From NCBI RefSeq assembly GCF_026210795.1, contig NC_089435.1, positions 3,720,001-3,784,000 of the forward strand: 64,000 bases of DNA. The letters are read 5' to 3'. Source of the stretch: Rhizophagus irregularis. Its lineage: Eukaryota. The notes beneath the pieces were generated by a model, which saw nothing but the letters and a program-made list of their open reading frames with translations, made no database searches and was not told the DNA's origin. Below, one piece after another: positions 26,498-39,566 of this stretch (positions within the stretch are counted from its first letter, which is position 1; every line of letters begins with the position of its first letter). The position numbers and the translations under genes are program-made.

Positions 26498-27284
26498 GTT
26501 TTATTAGAAACTTTTCAATATTATATATAAATATATATATTAATTTTTATGTTTTTATCCAGTTAAGGAGAAAGAAAAAAAATATTCTCCATGTGATTAA
26601 AGATTTACGCCGTATTGATTATCATGGTTATCATGGAATGTAATAACCCGACGTAGTGTAACATTGGATAAATTGATCAAAAAATATCAAAAAAAGTTAA
26701 ATCCTTTAATTTTGGCCAAGTTGGCTAAGATTTAATTTAACATCATTTTAGTCTTCCCATTTACATCTGAAAAGAGTAATTCAAGTAACTGATGTACGTA
26801 ACATTTTATAATGATATGACTTCGTGTTATTAAAATTATTTGTACACGTGAAATTCCATGCATGTTAATCATATTTAAACCTATCAAAGTTAATTCCGAT
26901 TTCGTTCAATCCCAAAAATCACTCCAGAACATCAAAGAACACGTTAGATATTATTCTTGTTAATTACGTACGCTTATATTCGGAAAAATAATATCATCAA
27001 CCAACCAGAGGGGAAATAAAATGATTAATTATTTACTAAAAATAATCACAACCCGTAACACATGGAAAGTTTAATGCAAGTCATGTAAGCCAATAATTTA
27101 AATCATAAACTTTATTTAAATAATGAAATTTCTTGAAATATAAAAAAAAAAAATTTTTTTTCTCTTACTTTTGTTATTTTAATTTTTAATAACAAGAAAA
27201 AAAAATAAAAATAAAAATAAAAATAAAAAAAGGAAAAAAGGAAAAAAAAATTAAAAAAAAAAAAATAAAAAATAAAAAATAAAA

Positions 27285-28257
27285 ATGGGAAATACGATAA
27301 CAAAAATAAAAAAATACAATCGTAATAATCGTAATAATCGTAATAATCGTAATAAAAATCAACACAAATCTTTATTTAATAATAATGATGATGAAACTAT
27401 AGATAGATTACAAATTTTACATCATTTTTATAGAGACCAATGGAAAGGAAATTTTAATGCACCGATTAAAGAAATGTTAAAAAATGGAGGATTAATGATT
27501 CTTGATGTAGGAAGTGGGACAGGTACATGGACTTGTGATATGTCAACAGATTTTCCATTAAATTTATATTTTGGGGTTGAAATCTTACCAATATTTCCAC
27601 ATGAAAAACCAAGAAATATAGTATTTTTGATAAATGATATATTAGAAGGGTTACCATTTCGTTCAAATTCATTTGATTATATACATTTAAGATTCATGTC
27701 ATTAAGTTTAAAACCTGATGTATGGCAAGATAAATTGATAAATGAACTTGCGAGAGTTTTACGACCCGGAGGGTATCTAGAAATTATGGAAAATGAAATC
27801 ACTGTTTCAAATCGTGGTCCAAATGTTCAAGAATTTTTTGATAGAGGTAAAATGATTCGCGTTATATACTGTATATAATTATTTTTTTGAAATGATTCCT
27901 CATTTTTTTCTTTTTTTTTTATTTCATAAAAAAGTTCATGAAGAATTACGATCAGAAGGTTATAATCCAACCATCATAAAGTTAATGAAAGAATTTTTAA
28001 TAAATTCTGGAAGTTTTAAAAATGAAGATATAAAACATACAGTAATGTATGTACCTATGGGTGAATGGGGTGGTAAATTAAGTGAAATGGGATTAAAAAC
28101 TTATTATTCATTATTAAAAATATTTGCTAATATGATTAAGATTCCTAAAAAACAAAATATTGATTCTTACTTGGATTTGATTAATGAAGAGATTAATAAT
28201 TATAAATCTTGTATGATCAGCCATAGGTTTGTTGCAAGAAAAAAAAAAATAATTTAA
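27285..28257 (+). CDS. Class I SAM-dependent methyltransferase (LaeA-like/Methyltransf_23 type), 2 exons, ~294 aa
   Basis: Exons 27285-27846 and 27935-28257 (885 nt). Motifs DRLQILH, ILDVGSGTGTW, GLPF..NSFDYIHLR, RVLRPGGYLEIME, PMGEWGG. Confidence 0.88.
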
Positions 28258-28650
28258 ATAGTTAATAAATTTTTATAAATGATATTTGATCTAACCTTAG
28301 AAATCTTTTTTTGGCGCAAATAAAAAAGGCGAGTATTTTTACCCCGCATAATCCTTTCGAATGAAAATTTTTTCTTAAAAAGAACAATGTAAAAATAGGT
28401 ATTCATTCATCGAATCATTTTTTATACATATAATAATAGTTACACCTATTCCCTTGTAATTTATAGACCCTTGCATCTTTTTTTAAAATGATTATTTATG
28501 TGGCTGTTTATATTTTATAAACAATTATGTAACGTGGAAAAATGAACAGCTTATTTGATTACTCGTGAGATCAAACTGATAGATACCATACATCTCGTAT
28601 ATAAATAAAAGATTATTTTTATTTCCCTTGAAATTTTTTTTTATTACAAA

Positions 28651-30199
28651 ATGTCTACTACAACATCTACAAAATTTTTAAAATCCTTATCAACCGATTT
28701 TACCAAATTACTTTTTAATGCTGAGGATTATAATGTTATTATTAAAGTTGGAGACTCGAACTTTAAAGCACATTCTTGTATTTTACGTGCTAGGTCTCCT
28801 TATTTTCATTCAGCTTTATCTAGAGATTGGGCTATGAAAGAAGGAAATAATATTATTTTTGAAAAACCAAATATCTCCCCTAAAATTTTTGAAATGATAT
28901 TAAGGTATACATGATATGTTTTTTTAAAAAAAATTTTTTTAAAATGATTTTTTTTTTCATTTTCATTCATTTTTATTTTTTATTTATTATTTTTTATTTT
29001 TATATAATAGTTATTTATATTCTGGTACCATTTCTCTTGAACAAGAACATCCAACAACTATCTTGGATTTATTGACAGCATCAGATGAATTAATTCTTTT
29101 AGAATTATTTACTCATGTAAAAGAATATTTTTTCGAAAAACATAATAAATGGATTAGACAACATCCTCTTCAAATTTTATATCATACAATTTTTCGTATT
29201 GAAAATTGTTTAGAATTACAAGATTTATGCTTGGAAATAATTTGTGAAAATCCTGAATTAGTATTTGGTACAACAGCTTTTACAGCTATAGAAGAATCTG
29301 TTTTAATCTCAATTCTTAAAAGAGATGATCTTCAAATGGATGAAATTGATTTATGGGATTATTTAATTCAATGGGGTATCGCTCATACTTTTAATATTAA
29401 ATCATCATCAAATTTCAATCCTTCTTTATTATCACAAAATGATCTTTTAGAATTATCAGAAACCTTAAAAAATTGTGTTCCTTATATTAGATTTAATCAT
29501 ATAAATATTAAAGATTTACCTTCAAGATTGAAACCTTTTGAAATTTTATTATTAAATCATAAAAAAATTTCATCAATAACTTATAACAATAATTCATTAA
29601 TTAATAATATTAATAATGAAATTACTTCTTTTCCACTTGATTCAAAAATTATTAAATTAAAACATGTAGCTCATATAGCTCGTTGGATAGATCATCAAGA
29701 AGATAAAAATAATATTCGTGATTATAGAAGACTTCCTATTTATGATTTTAAAATACTTTTACGTGGTAGTAGAGATGATTTTAGTGCAAGTACTTTTCAT
29801 AAATTATGTGATAATAAAAATGCTACAGTTATTATTATTAAAGTTTTTGGTACAAGAGAAATTATTGGAGGTTATAATCCTATTAGTTGGAAAGGTGGAT
29901 TTTTTGGTTCTTGGATGAAATCACAAGATAGTTTTATTTTTTCTTTAGGTGACGGAGAAAATAATTTAAGAGAATCTTCAAAATTATGTAGAATAAAACC
30001 TGAAAATGTAAATATGGCAGTATTTTGTGCTAATATGAGAGGTCCTTGTTTTGGTTATCGTGATTTATGGATGCCTAATTTTAATAATTTGGCTATAAAT
30101 TGTGATAGTGATTGTAATTATTATAATGGTAAAATTATTGAACCAAAAAATTTTGATATTGAAGATTATGAAGTTTTTCAAATTATTAAAAGAGAATGA
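28651..30199 (+). CDS. BTB/POZ-BACK-TLDc protein, 2 exons, ~480 aa
   Basis: Exons 28651-28904 and 29011-30199 (1443 nt). BTB: DYNVIIKVG..FKAHSCILRARSPYF. BACK: LKRDDLQMDEIDLW. TLDc: LLRGSRD.F...FHKLCD, IIGGYNP, GPCFG, EDYEVFQI. Confidence 0.9.
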
Positions 30200-30951
30200 T
30201 TCTTTTTTTATTTTTTTTTTATTTTTTTTTTATTATTGTTGTTATCGTAATAATTATCACTTAATCATGTAATCTTGGAATTTTTTAAATGTCAATAAAC
30301 TTTATATATAAACTTTAAAAAAAAAAACGGAATTTTTTTAAAAAGCCATTATAATAATTATATCTTTTCCCTTTAAAATCTAAATAAATAATAAATAATA
30401 AATAAAATAATAAGAAATTCCCAAGATTGTTTAAATCGAATAAGTTACTTTTCTTAATGTGGAATTAAACCGATTAAACGTTCCGGTTGATCATCTCAAA
30501 ATATTTCACTTGTTTATTATTTATTAGTTTTTTTTTTTCTTGGTCCAATTTTTCCCATAATCAAAATGAGACTGAAATGTAAAACTCTAATTATTATTTT
30601 GTCGTAAAACGCATAACCTGTGTTTACGTAAGTTGTACAGTTCAAAAAAGTAATGGGTTTACTTGTTCTGGATGTAGGGGGCTAGATCTGGAACATCCGG
30701 TACCCGGTCCAATACATTTATACATGATCTACATATAAATAAATAAATATACTTTATATAAAAAATATTTTTATTAAGATAAGATATTATATATGATAAC
30801 AAAATCTATATCTTTACATATATAATCCTATATAATCTAATATATATAATCCTATATAATAATAATCTAATGTTCTTGTTTTTTAAGTTATACATACTTT
30901 TGATAAAATTAAATGGAATTTAAGACTAGTGTATTAATTATATTATCATTA

Positions 30952-33900
30952 TTAAAGAAAATACATAAGATTTGTTAATGGCTTGCTCACACTTGCGCAA
31001 GTAGCAGAACCTTCTGATGATGATTCGCCTTGCCAAACGGTATAATGTCTTGCACGATTACAAATTAGATGTGCATAATAAGCAGGTGTTACAATAGATA
31101 TAGACGACGTGCATCTGAATATTAAAAATAATTAAAACATGGAGCGGAAATAATTAAAACATATGGAGTGGAAATTTAAAATTATATAACAAACCTTGCA
31201 TTTAAATAACATAATTTATTAGTTAATGATTGAAAATCATCGGCTTTAAATTTATTATCGTCGACCAATACGCGATAATGTGTAGGACGTCCAGTACCCA
31301 GAAGACTGGCATGGGATTGAAGGACTATGTGAAAATACATAATTTACATAATTAATAACTTAATATCATATCAATGAATCGTGCTTGACAATATAATAAA
31401 TAATAACTTACAAAAGTCAAACTCTTGTTTCACCACAATTCCTGTATCAACAACCGTTCCTGGTCTGCAATTACCACGATCACTGTCACGTTGATTAGTT
31501 GGCTCAAATCTAATATTTATAAAAAAAAATGTTTTAAGAAATTATTCAAAAATAAAACATATAATAGCATAAAACATATAATAGCGTAAAAGATTACCTA
31601 GTATGATGTCTTTTTTGTACAATAATGAAAGTCAATTTTGGTGGATTGTCACCATATCCTCCTTTAAAGGCCTTTCTCAACATATCTACTTCTACCTCCA
31701 TAACCTTGCGAAATTGTCCCTCGCTGACCCCATCACGATAAAATAAAATTCTTTGAGGGAGACGACCATTTTTAGCTCGAAAAGCTTTTAGTAAATCAAT
31801 AACCATAAGATCTAGCTCCTCAATGGTCTCATTACGTGGCTCTTTATTCATACTATATCGACCGCTATAAATAGTTGCAGCCGCATCCATGGAAGCACAA
31901 ACTGATGCGATACTAGGCATATGTTGTTCATGGACTCCCGAGTGATAAACATCTGCACCAAAAATCATTGTCTAAATATTATAATGAAGATAATAAAAAT
32001 TAATGCAAATACGATAATATGAGAAATAAGCGTAATTATAAATTCATACTTACAGGTACAGAAGATACAAAATCTATTTGTCCAGTCGATAACGAATAAT
32101 TCCTACCTCCAAGCTTTGCATTTATTTTTAAACCAACATTTACACAAAATTGTTCGAATCCTTTTGGTTTTCTAATATTCTTGTTCAAAACGCATTGAGT
32201 ACGAATAGACAATTCAGTTTCTGCAATGCGCTTAATATCACTATATAAACGAGATCGTTCTCTCATTACAACTAGGACCAATTGAACCGGCTCATCTTTA
32301 TTCATTCTAGCTCTTTCAGCAGCCTGTGTTAATCCCTATAAAATTGATAAATAAAAATTATTATATATGTGTAAAATATTAATATTTACTATCAATATGA
32401 AATTTAAATTTAAAGAAAATATTAATTATTTACCCTCTTAATATCCCCATGTTGATTAAAAATGACCACTGCTGGCTGATTAACAATATTCTTTAAAAGA
32501 TAAAAAAGGGAGGATTAAAAATCATTTTCTATAATAATTTGCTAAAACAAAAGTTTTGTAAAATCTTTACCATTCCTTTCTTGTTTAAAGTTTCAGTTAA
32601 TTGCCTCCCAAATTGTGCAATTGCATTCTGATGATCACCTGACAACGCTAGTATAGACCAATTAGTTAACTTCTTGCCCTAATTTATATTCGAAGGAAAA
32701 TAAAGATCATCAAAAAAAAAATTTCTCGATTTGTTATTAATATTATTATTATTTAACTTACATCCTGAATTACTTGACTAACGAAATTCCAACGTCCTGT
32801 ATCTACTTTTTGATTTTGCTGACCTCTATCTTTATTGAATGATATTGATACAGGAGGAAGAACACGGCCTATGAAAGATTTAACTCATTAAATAACTTTA
32901 AACACTTTTTACCATAAAGCACAACATAAACGATAATAAATCCTTACCTTCAACTACTATCATTTCAGTATCAACGCCCATATTAATTGATCTCAAGTTT
33001 TCATCTTGACCATAACGAAAAACGTTGTGAATAGCATCTCTGATTGATTGAAAACGTTCACGAGGTTTTACACATGTGAATTTTATCATATCAGCGCGAC
33101 CATTATCAGTAATATCACCTTTGAAAGGTTGGTCTAAAAAGATTGTATTTGTAAGTAACATGATGCATAGATTAAAAAAAAAAACCACATCGAATTAATC
33201 TTGTATTACAAACCTGGTAATATCTCGCAGACCTCTAAAGGAAAACAATTTTTACTAACTTTAATACAAGGAAGACTTCCAAATGCAAGTCTCATTCCAT
33301 ATTTCTTTGCGAAGAACTGGGTAACTGAAGTTTCCCTTTCTTCTTCATCTCTAAATTTGATATTATCTGCAGAATCTTTTGATAAATCATCAATTGAGTA
33401 TATGGACCTTTTATTATCACCACGATGTAGGACACGAATTCTAAGGGTTTTTAATGCCTATTTAAACAATGAATAATGTTTGATTATATGTAAATAGAAT
33501 TTTTTTTGGTACAAAAAAATTTTAATATACCTTAGCTAACATCCTTCTGTCTCTATCATCGATTCCACGTCTTAGATCATCTTTTCTACGATTTAGGATA
33601 CCAGCAGCAATATCTACAACGTTTCCAGGTGGACAAAAAATACCAGAACATACATCAACATTAACAGTAAGATCGTCTATAAATATTATTTATAACGATT
33701 TATAACGATGATTTAGTAAAACAATAATAGATAAAAAAAAAAATTTCAAAATTATAAAATAAAAATAAAAACTCACTCCATCCTACTCTCAAAGATTGGC
33801 AATGTCCTTGTCTTAACTCAGCACCACCACTCAAAATAACTCTATTATTATTAGAAGCATAAATTCCTCTTCCAAGAGATACATAGTTTGTACGCACTTT

Positions 33901-34553
33901 GTAATTTAGGTAAGCGTTGAGCGCGTTCATACAAGTTTGAACATTTTTGTTCCATGCTTGCTTTGACTCCATAAAATCCTTTATATGTTGCAAACTAAAT
34001 TCTTCCTTAAATTTAATCTTTATTTTAAAAGTTGTGATTTTACCAGCTGGTTCACTTGGTGGGAGAGGTAACTAAGATAAAATAATAAAAATCAATAAAT
34101 GGAATGTATGAATGAATGTATGAATAAAAAATACGAACCTCGAATTCATCTTGTTCCAAGAATAATTTGGTAGAACTATATATCATATCATTCCAGTTAA
34201 AGATTGGTAGACTTTTACCAAACTTTTTTTGTTTTTTAATTTCTTCAAAGACTTTCCAACGTACTTTTTTGCCAATTGTCCTTCCAGAACTTGAAGTTAC
34301 ATTGTAATTGTATAAGTATAATTTTAAATTTGGGAACTATATATGTGTTTTTTTTATAATAATAATTAATAAGTTTAAAAAAAACGTGAAAGTTTATTAA
34401 AAAAAAATTTATAAAATAGATTTTTACCTTAGAAATTTTAAGGTGATTTGCTCGAAGGTTAACTTTTTGACCTAAATTTCCAATTCCTGGTCTAGGTGCT
34501 ACACCTTCTTTCACAGTAATTTTTTCTAATTGTTTTTCGAGATGTGTTGTCAT
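30952..34553 (-). CDS. AGO: Argonaute (N-PAZ-MID-PIWI), 14 exons, ~837 aa
   Basis: Exons 34553-34428, 34336-34139, 34071-33777, 33676-33531, 33457-33214, 33133-32948, 32868-32762, 32678-32571, 32490-32434, 32335-32054, 31971-31598, 31509-31412, 31324-31195 and 31114-30952 (2514 nt, in frame). Motifs YSDIKR..TQC, LKINAKLGG, GADVYH, YRDGVSEGQF, QKRHHTRF, GTVVD, GTGRPTHY, PAYYAHL, MYFL*. Confidence 0.96.
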
Positions 34554-36147
34554 ATTTATATACTGCAGGAATTTGTGACACGGGAAAATTTGACACAGAT
34601 CCTAGTAGATTTAAAAAATATCAAATATAGCATCGTTAAAAAAAATTTTTCGCTAAAAAAAACCTGTTTTTTTTATAAAAAATTATTGGTAAAATAATAA
34701 ATTATTTTTCCGGATTTCAACCGGAATTCAATTTTGTATATCAATTGTAACCTTCTAATAATGTTTATCAACATCGTTCAAATTCTTGGTTTTTTTTTTC
34801 TCTAATTTATTGGTTGTACTTACTTGTGTTTAATTAAAGTTTTACTTTAAACAGTTTAAACTTGTGGTTTGATTTTTTTTTTTTAAAAAAAGGATAAATT
34901 ATTTAAGTAATACGGTACAAAAATTCCTTTTTCTTTTTTTGCTTTTGTTCAAAAGAAAAGTAAATTGATAGGAAAAAAGAGATAAAAAAAATCAAGAGAA
35001 ATTATCCGGTTCTATATATATAATTTTGTTGCACGAAAGATTTTCCTTTTTGAGGAGACAATAACCATAGGGCTTCTGACTAGAAAGATAATGCAGTTGT
35101 AAGTGTTACTGCGAATTCAATCAACCAAGGAATTCCAAATGAAAAAGTGATAAATGTGGAACAATCAAAAAAAAAAAAAAAAAAAATTTTTTTTTAGGGT
35201 TACTTTCTAATTAACGGGGATTATTTCCGCCATTTACCGTCTTTATTTATGTCATCGTACGTTCCACACTAACCTTTAATATAACTTTACCTTTTTAAAT
35301 TGTTATTGTTTCTTTAAAAGTCTTTTTCGAACTTAGAAAAAAGGTTCCATTGAGTTCATGATGTCCATTGTGACGAAAATAGATTTCTTTAATTCATAAA
35401 TTAATAAAGAATTTCATTACCTTATTAACAGGGTAATTGCGACACTTTAGTAAATTTTAATTGCAAATTAATTCTAGAGCACAATTGAAAAGAACAATAT
35501 ATAAATAAATTATCATCCCCCAAAAAAAATATTACAATTTTATTTTAATAATTTATAATTCTTTTCCAACTCCGCAATTCTATACAATTTTAGCTTTGAT
35601 TTCCCCTTGATCTACTATAATTGAGTACTTATCATGAAAATTCACATTATATTTATGTACGTCATACCAACGATAATCGATTGAGTATAATATATAATAT
35701 GGATCATCAGAGATCATTTAAAATTTACCCAAATTTACCAACTTTTTGACTTTTGTAACGTTTTACGATGATTACAGTACAGGACAAAGGCAAAAAGGCG
35801 CAGAACAAGAAAATTACGCGTTAAAAAGTGATTTAAAAATGATGATGCAATAGATTTATTATGTATGATATTGTGAAAATGTTAATGATGATGAACTGAC
35901 AAAAAAGATGAATAAAATATGAAAATATAATAATAACAATAAATAATAACAATAAAAAAAAAATAATAAAAATAATAGAAAAATAATAATAATAAAATAA
36001 AAAAAAATGATAATAATAAAAATAATAATAATAATAATAAAAAAAAATAGTAATAAAAATAAAAATATACAAAATGTCTATAAATAAATAAATATATATA
36101 TATATAAATAAAGTACAGTATATAAAGTCTTTATAATCCTTATTAAG

Positions 36148-37878
36148 TTACTCATCCAACTCATCAATATAAGTGGGAATTAGACAAGAATTATTGTCAT
36201 GTAAGTATTTTGTACATTCAAATTCTTTAAATAATTTAAAATGTTCACCCTTTGATTCATTATATTCATCTAAATCAATTCTAATATAAAATTCTTCAAA
36301 TATTACTTGATTCATTTCAATATCAATATATTCATCATAATAATAACCATCATCTCCATCACCTCCATCACCTCCATCACTTCCACTTCTATCATCCCCA
36401 TCATCCCCATCATCGTCTGTGGAATAATATGAAGTATCACTCATAATAATACATCTTTCATCCAATTGTTCAAGAAATAATGCAAGACTTTGACTTGTAA
36501 ATACTACCATTAATAAAAATGTAAAACTATATAATGAACTTGGTATTGATTTTGAAATTTCTATTGCTAATTCATTTGTCATTGTTATAGGAATTAAATT
36601 TTCATAAAATGTTTTTTCATTTTTTAATTCAATAATTTCCAATTTCTTTAATGATTTAAATAATAAAGGAATTTGTGGCAAAACATTTGCTGAAATATTT
36701 GCTCTAAGATGAATTAAATTTGAACAATAATTTGTTATATCTTCAATAAGTGAATAAGGTTGTATTATATCATCAAGTAAAAGTTTTGTTAAAATTACAT
36801 TACTATGAATTATAATTGATTTTATATCATAATATTGTACTGGATTATTATATATAATATTTAATTTCATATTATTCCTTTCTCGTTTAAAATTATTGAT
36901 CCTCAAATATTTTAAAGATGAAAGATGAGATCCTTGTAAATTATTACAATCTATTAATGTTAAAGTTGTAAGATTATAATATTCCATAAAATAATTGAAA
37001 GAGTCTTCCTCGTCAAGAAGATCACAAGCATGTAATGTAATATCTTGTAATGAGATTGGAAAATTAGGACCAATAATTGACATGAAACCTTTTTGAGCAA
37101 ATGAACAAATGAATTTTTTTAAATATCTTTGAGATCTTAAAAGTTGACGAATACCTTCATATAAAGAAGAATCAATAAAATTATCATTATCTCGTAAAAT
37201 TCCTAATTGCATTACTTCAATATTATGACATATATTTGATAAAGTGGTGAATATTTTTAGTTGATCTGGATGGTCACTACATTTAAATTCTCTTAATTTA
37301 ATTAAACATGATTTAGTTGATGTTAATGATGAGAATTTGAAAGGATTTAAAAAATTTAAATCTGTTGCTAAATCTAATCTATATAATGTTGGACATTGTA
37401 ATAAAAACATTTTACATAATTCTTCCGCCATTATTAATTGATTTTCAATATTTTGTCGATTTCTTTCTCTTTTAATTTCTTTAGGCCATAATTCTTGTAC
37501 ACTTTTAAATACGCTATGATATTCTAATTCTCTTAAATATGAAGTATAATTAAAAAATGGTCTTTCTTTACTACAAATTTCCAATAATTCACTTATATTA
37601 ATATTATTTAATCTTTTTGTTAGGTTAAATCTTGATTCTGGTGAAAGAAAACTTAAATATGTTATAATCAATTTAGAGGATGGTAAATACCAATTAAATG
37701 TATTTCTCCATAATATTGGAATAACATGTCTACAAAAATCTCGATTAACCAATAAACAATTAAATAATGTCTTTCTTATATCTAAAATTGTATTAAGAGG
37801 GTTATCATTTATTACTTCCTCATTATAAATTTCACAAAATATCTTTTCTAAACATAATGACGGTAAAGGTTTTCTCAT
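36148..37878 (-). CDS. F-box-like / LRR (RNI-like) protein with acidic DG-rich C-terminal tract, 576 aa
   Basis: LPSLCLEKIF..LFNCLLVNRDFCRHVIPILW, FNYTSYLREL, LxxLxL repeats; DDGDDGDD tract. Confidence 0.8.
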   Translation of the reverse strand: MRKPLPSLCLEKIFCEIYNEEVINDNPLNTILDIRKTLFNCLLVNRDFCRHVIPILWRNTFNWYLPSSKLIITYLSFLSPESRFNLTKRLNNINISELLEICSKERPFFNYTSYLRELEYHSVFKSVQELWPKEIKRERNRQNIENQLIMAEELCKMFLLQCPTLYRLDLATDLNFLNPFKFSSLTSTKSCLIKLREFKCSDHPDQLKIFTTLSNICHNIEVMQLGILRDNDNFIDSSLYEGIRQLLRSQRYLKKFICSFAQKGFMSIIGPNFPISLQDITLHACDLLDEEDSFNYFMEYYNLTTLTLIDCNNLQGSHLSSLKYLRINNFKRERNNMKLNIIYNNPVQYYDIKSIIIHSNVILTKLLLDDIIQPYSLIEDITNYCSNLIHLRANISANVLPQIPLLFKSLKKLEIIELKNEKTFYENLIPITMTNELAIEISKSIPSSLYSFTFLLMVVFTSQSLALFLEQLDERCIIMSDTSYYSTDDDGDDGDDRSGSDGGDGGDGDDGYYYDEYIDIEMNQVIFEEFYIRIDLDEYNESKGEHFKLFKEFECTKYLHDNNSCLIPTYIDELDE

Positions 37879-39566
37879 ATTTGTGATCTCCGCAGTCTCC
37901 GCAGTATTGGAATTTTTTTAAATTTTTTTATAAAAAAAATAAAAAATAAAAAATAAAAAATTTTTTTTAAAAAAAAGGGAAAAAAAATAGGATTTTCTTT
38001 TGAGTACAATTTACTTCAGGAGTGACATTAAATATTAAATATTGTAATGTTACATAAAACCTTAGGCGTTCATTGTTATTTTATAATAATAAACACAAAG
38101 ATCTCCTTCACCTCATAATAAGGTTTTATTTTACCGTAAAGAAAGAAAGATATTACCCATGATAGCATATAAATAAACAAACGCTTTTTCACCCTTTCTT
38201 GTAATCTTTATTTATTATTTAAATTGTTTACTCCATTTGTACTTCCCTCGCAACTTACCGTATAAGTCCCATGATATTTAGATTTAAATAAAACGTGGAA
38301 TTTTGTAAAAAAAAAAAGAAACGCAGTATGAAAACTATAAATATCAAACTAGAATTATTTATCAGTTATATAATTATATCTGCATAAATTACGTTGCATA
38401 ACCGAATGACTCACGTTACATACGATACATATTTGTTTTATTTTTAGTTACACGTCTCCGTAACTCCATTTGGTTAATCAGTATCACATTGAATTCCTGA
38501 TTTAGAAAATTAATTATCCAATCCGATCGGCAAAAAAATTGATTGATTTTATTTTAAAGATTGGTCAAAGTAATCAAAGTACCACCCCTAATGAATGACC
38601 GTTGATCGGCGCTAATAAAATCTGATCTAATTGTTGTTTTTTTTTTCCTTGAGAATATTAGATCAGCGTTTCATATTTAGGATATTTAGCGATTAATTCA
38701 TGTGAAAATTTAAAGAAAGAAAGTGTTGTATTACTTGTATAAATTCACATGATAATTTGCTTAAAAATTTCAAAACGTTACGCAAAATATGAACTGATCA
38801 AACAAGGGTTAACCCATGCCATGTGGGTAAGTACTTGCATTGTTATTTGTATATAAACTATTATGGTCATATTAGAAATCAATAAATAAAATATGGTATT
38901 ATTATTATGGTTAAATTAAATATAGGTAAATTAAATCATAAAACTTATAATACCATAACAGGTTAAAATTGTACAACAGTAACAATTTTTTTGTTACGAT
39001 GGCCAAAATAAGAAAATTTTGAAAAAAAAACATCTTTTTTGTAATATTTTTTCAATATAGATTTTCATCAATTCTCATTTCTCATCAGATGAATAATCCT
39101 TCACGGATATTAGATAATATAAATCTTACGTGATACAAAAGTTATATGGATTTTCATGAATTCTCATCAGATGACGGATATTAGATAATATAATATTTAT
39201 ACTTAAATATTATTGGATGAAAAAAAATATTACTTATAAGGTGGAAATACTTTATTGGGGACAAAAATATTTTTACTTGAACACTAAATTAACCTAATAA
39301 TCAAAATTAGCAATATTTCCATAACCAACTTCCCTTATAAAGTAATTTAATCTCCATATCAAATTTGTTTATCTAACCTTTTTGAGAATCAAGATAAGAT
39401 TTTCATATTAAAAATTTATTAACGTTTCGGCGATTCTCCTTTTATGTATATCTCTGGGAAGGTCTAAACAACTTATAAATACACAAAATATTTCTTTCTT
39501 TTTTAAATAGATTCTTTATAAAAAAATTAATCTATTTTTTTTAAAAAAAAAAGAATCTAAAAAAAT

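Noticed and set aside
27112..27303. 63-aa Phe-rich minus-strand ORF
   Set aside because: Artefact of poly-A/T low complexity upstream of the methyltransferase.
35833..36072. 79-aa Tyr/Phe/Ile-rich ORF
   Set aside because: Translation of an (AAT)n/A-rich tract downstream of the F-box-like gene.
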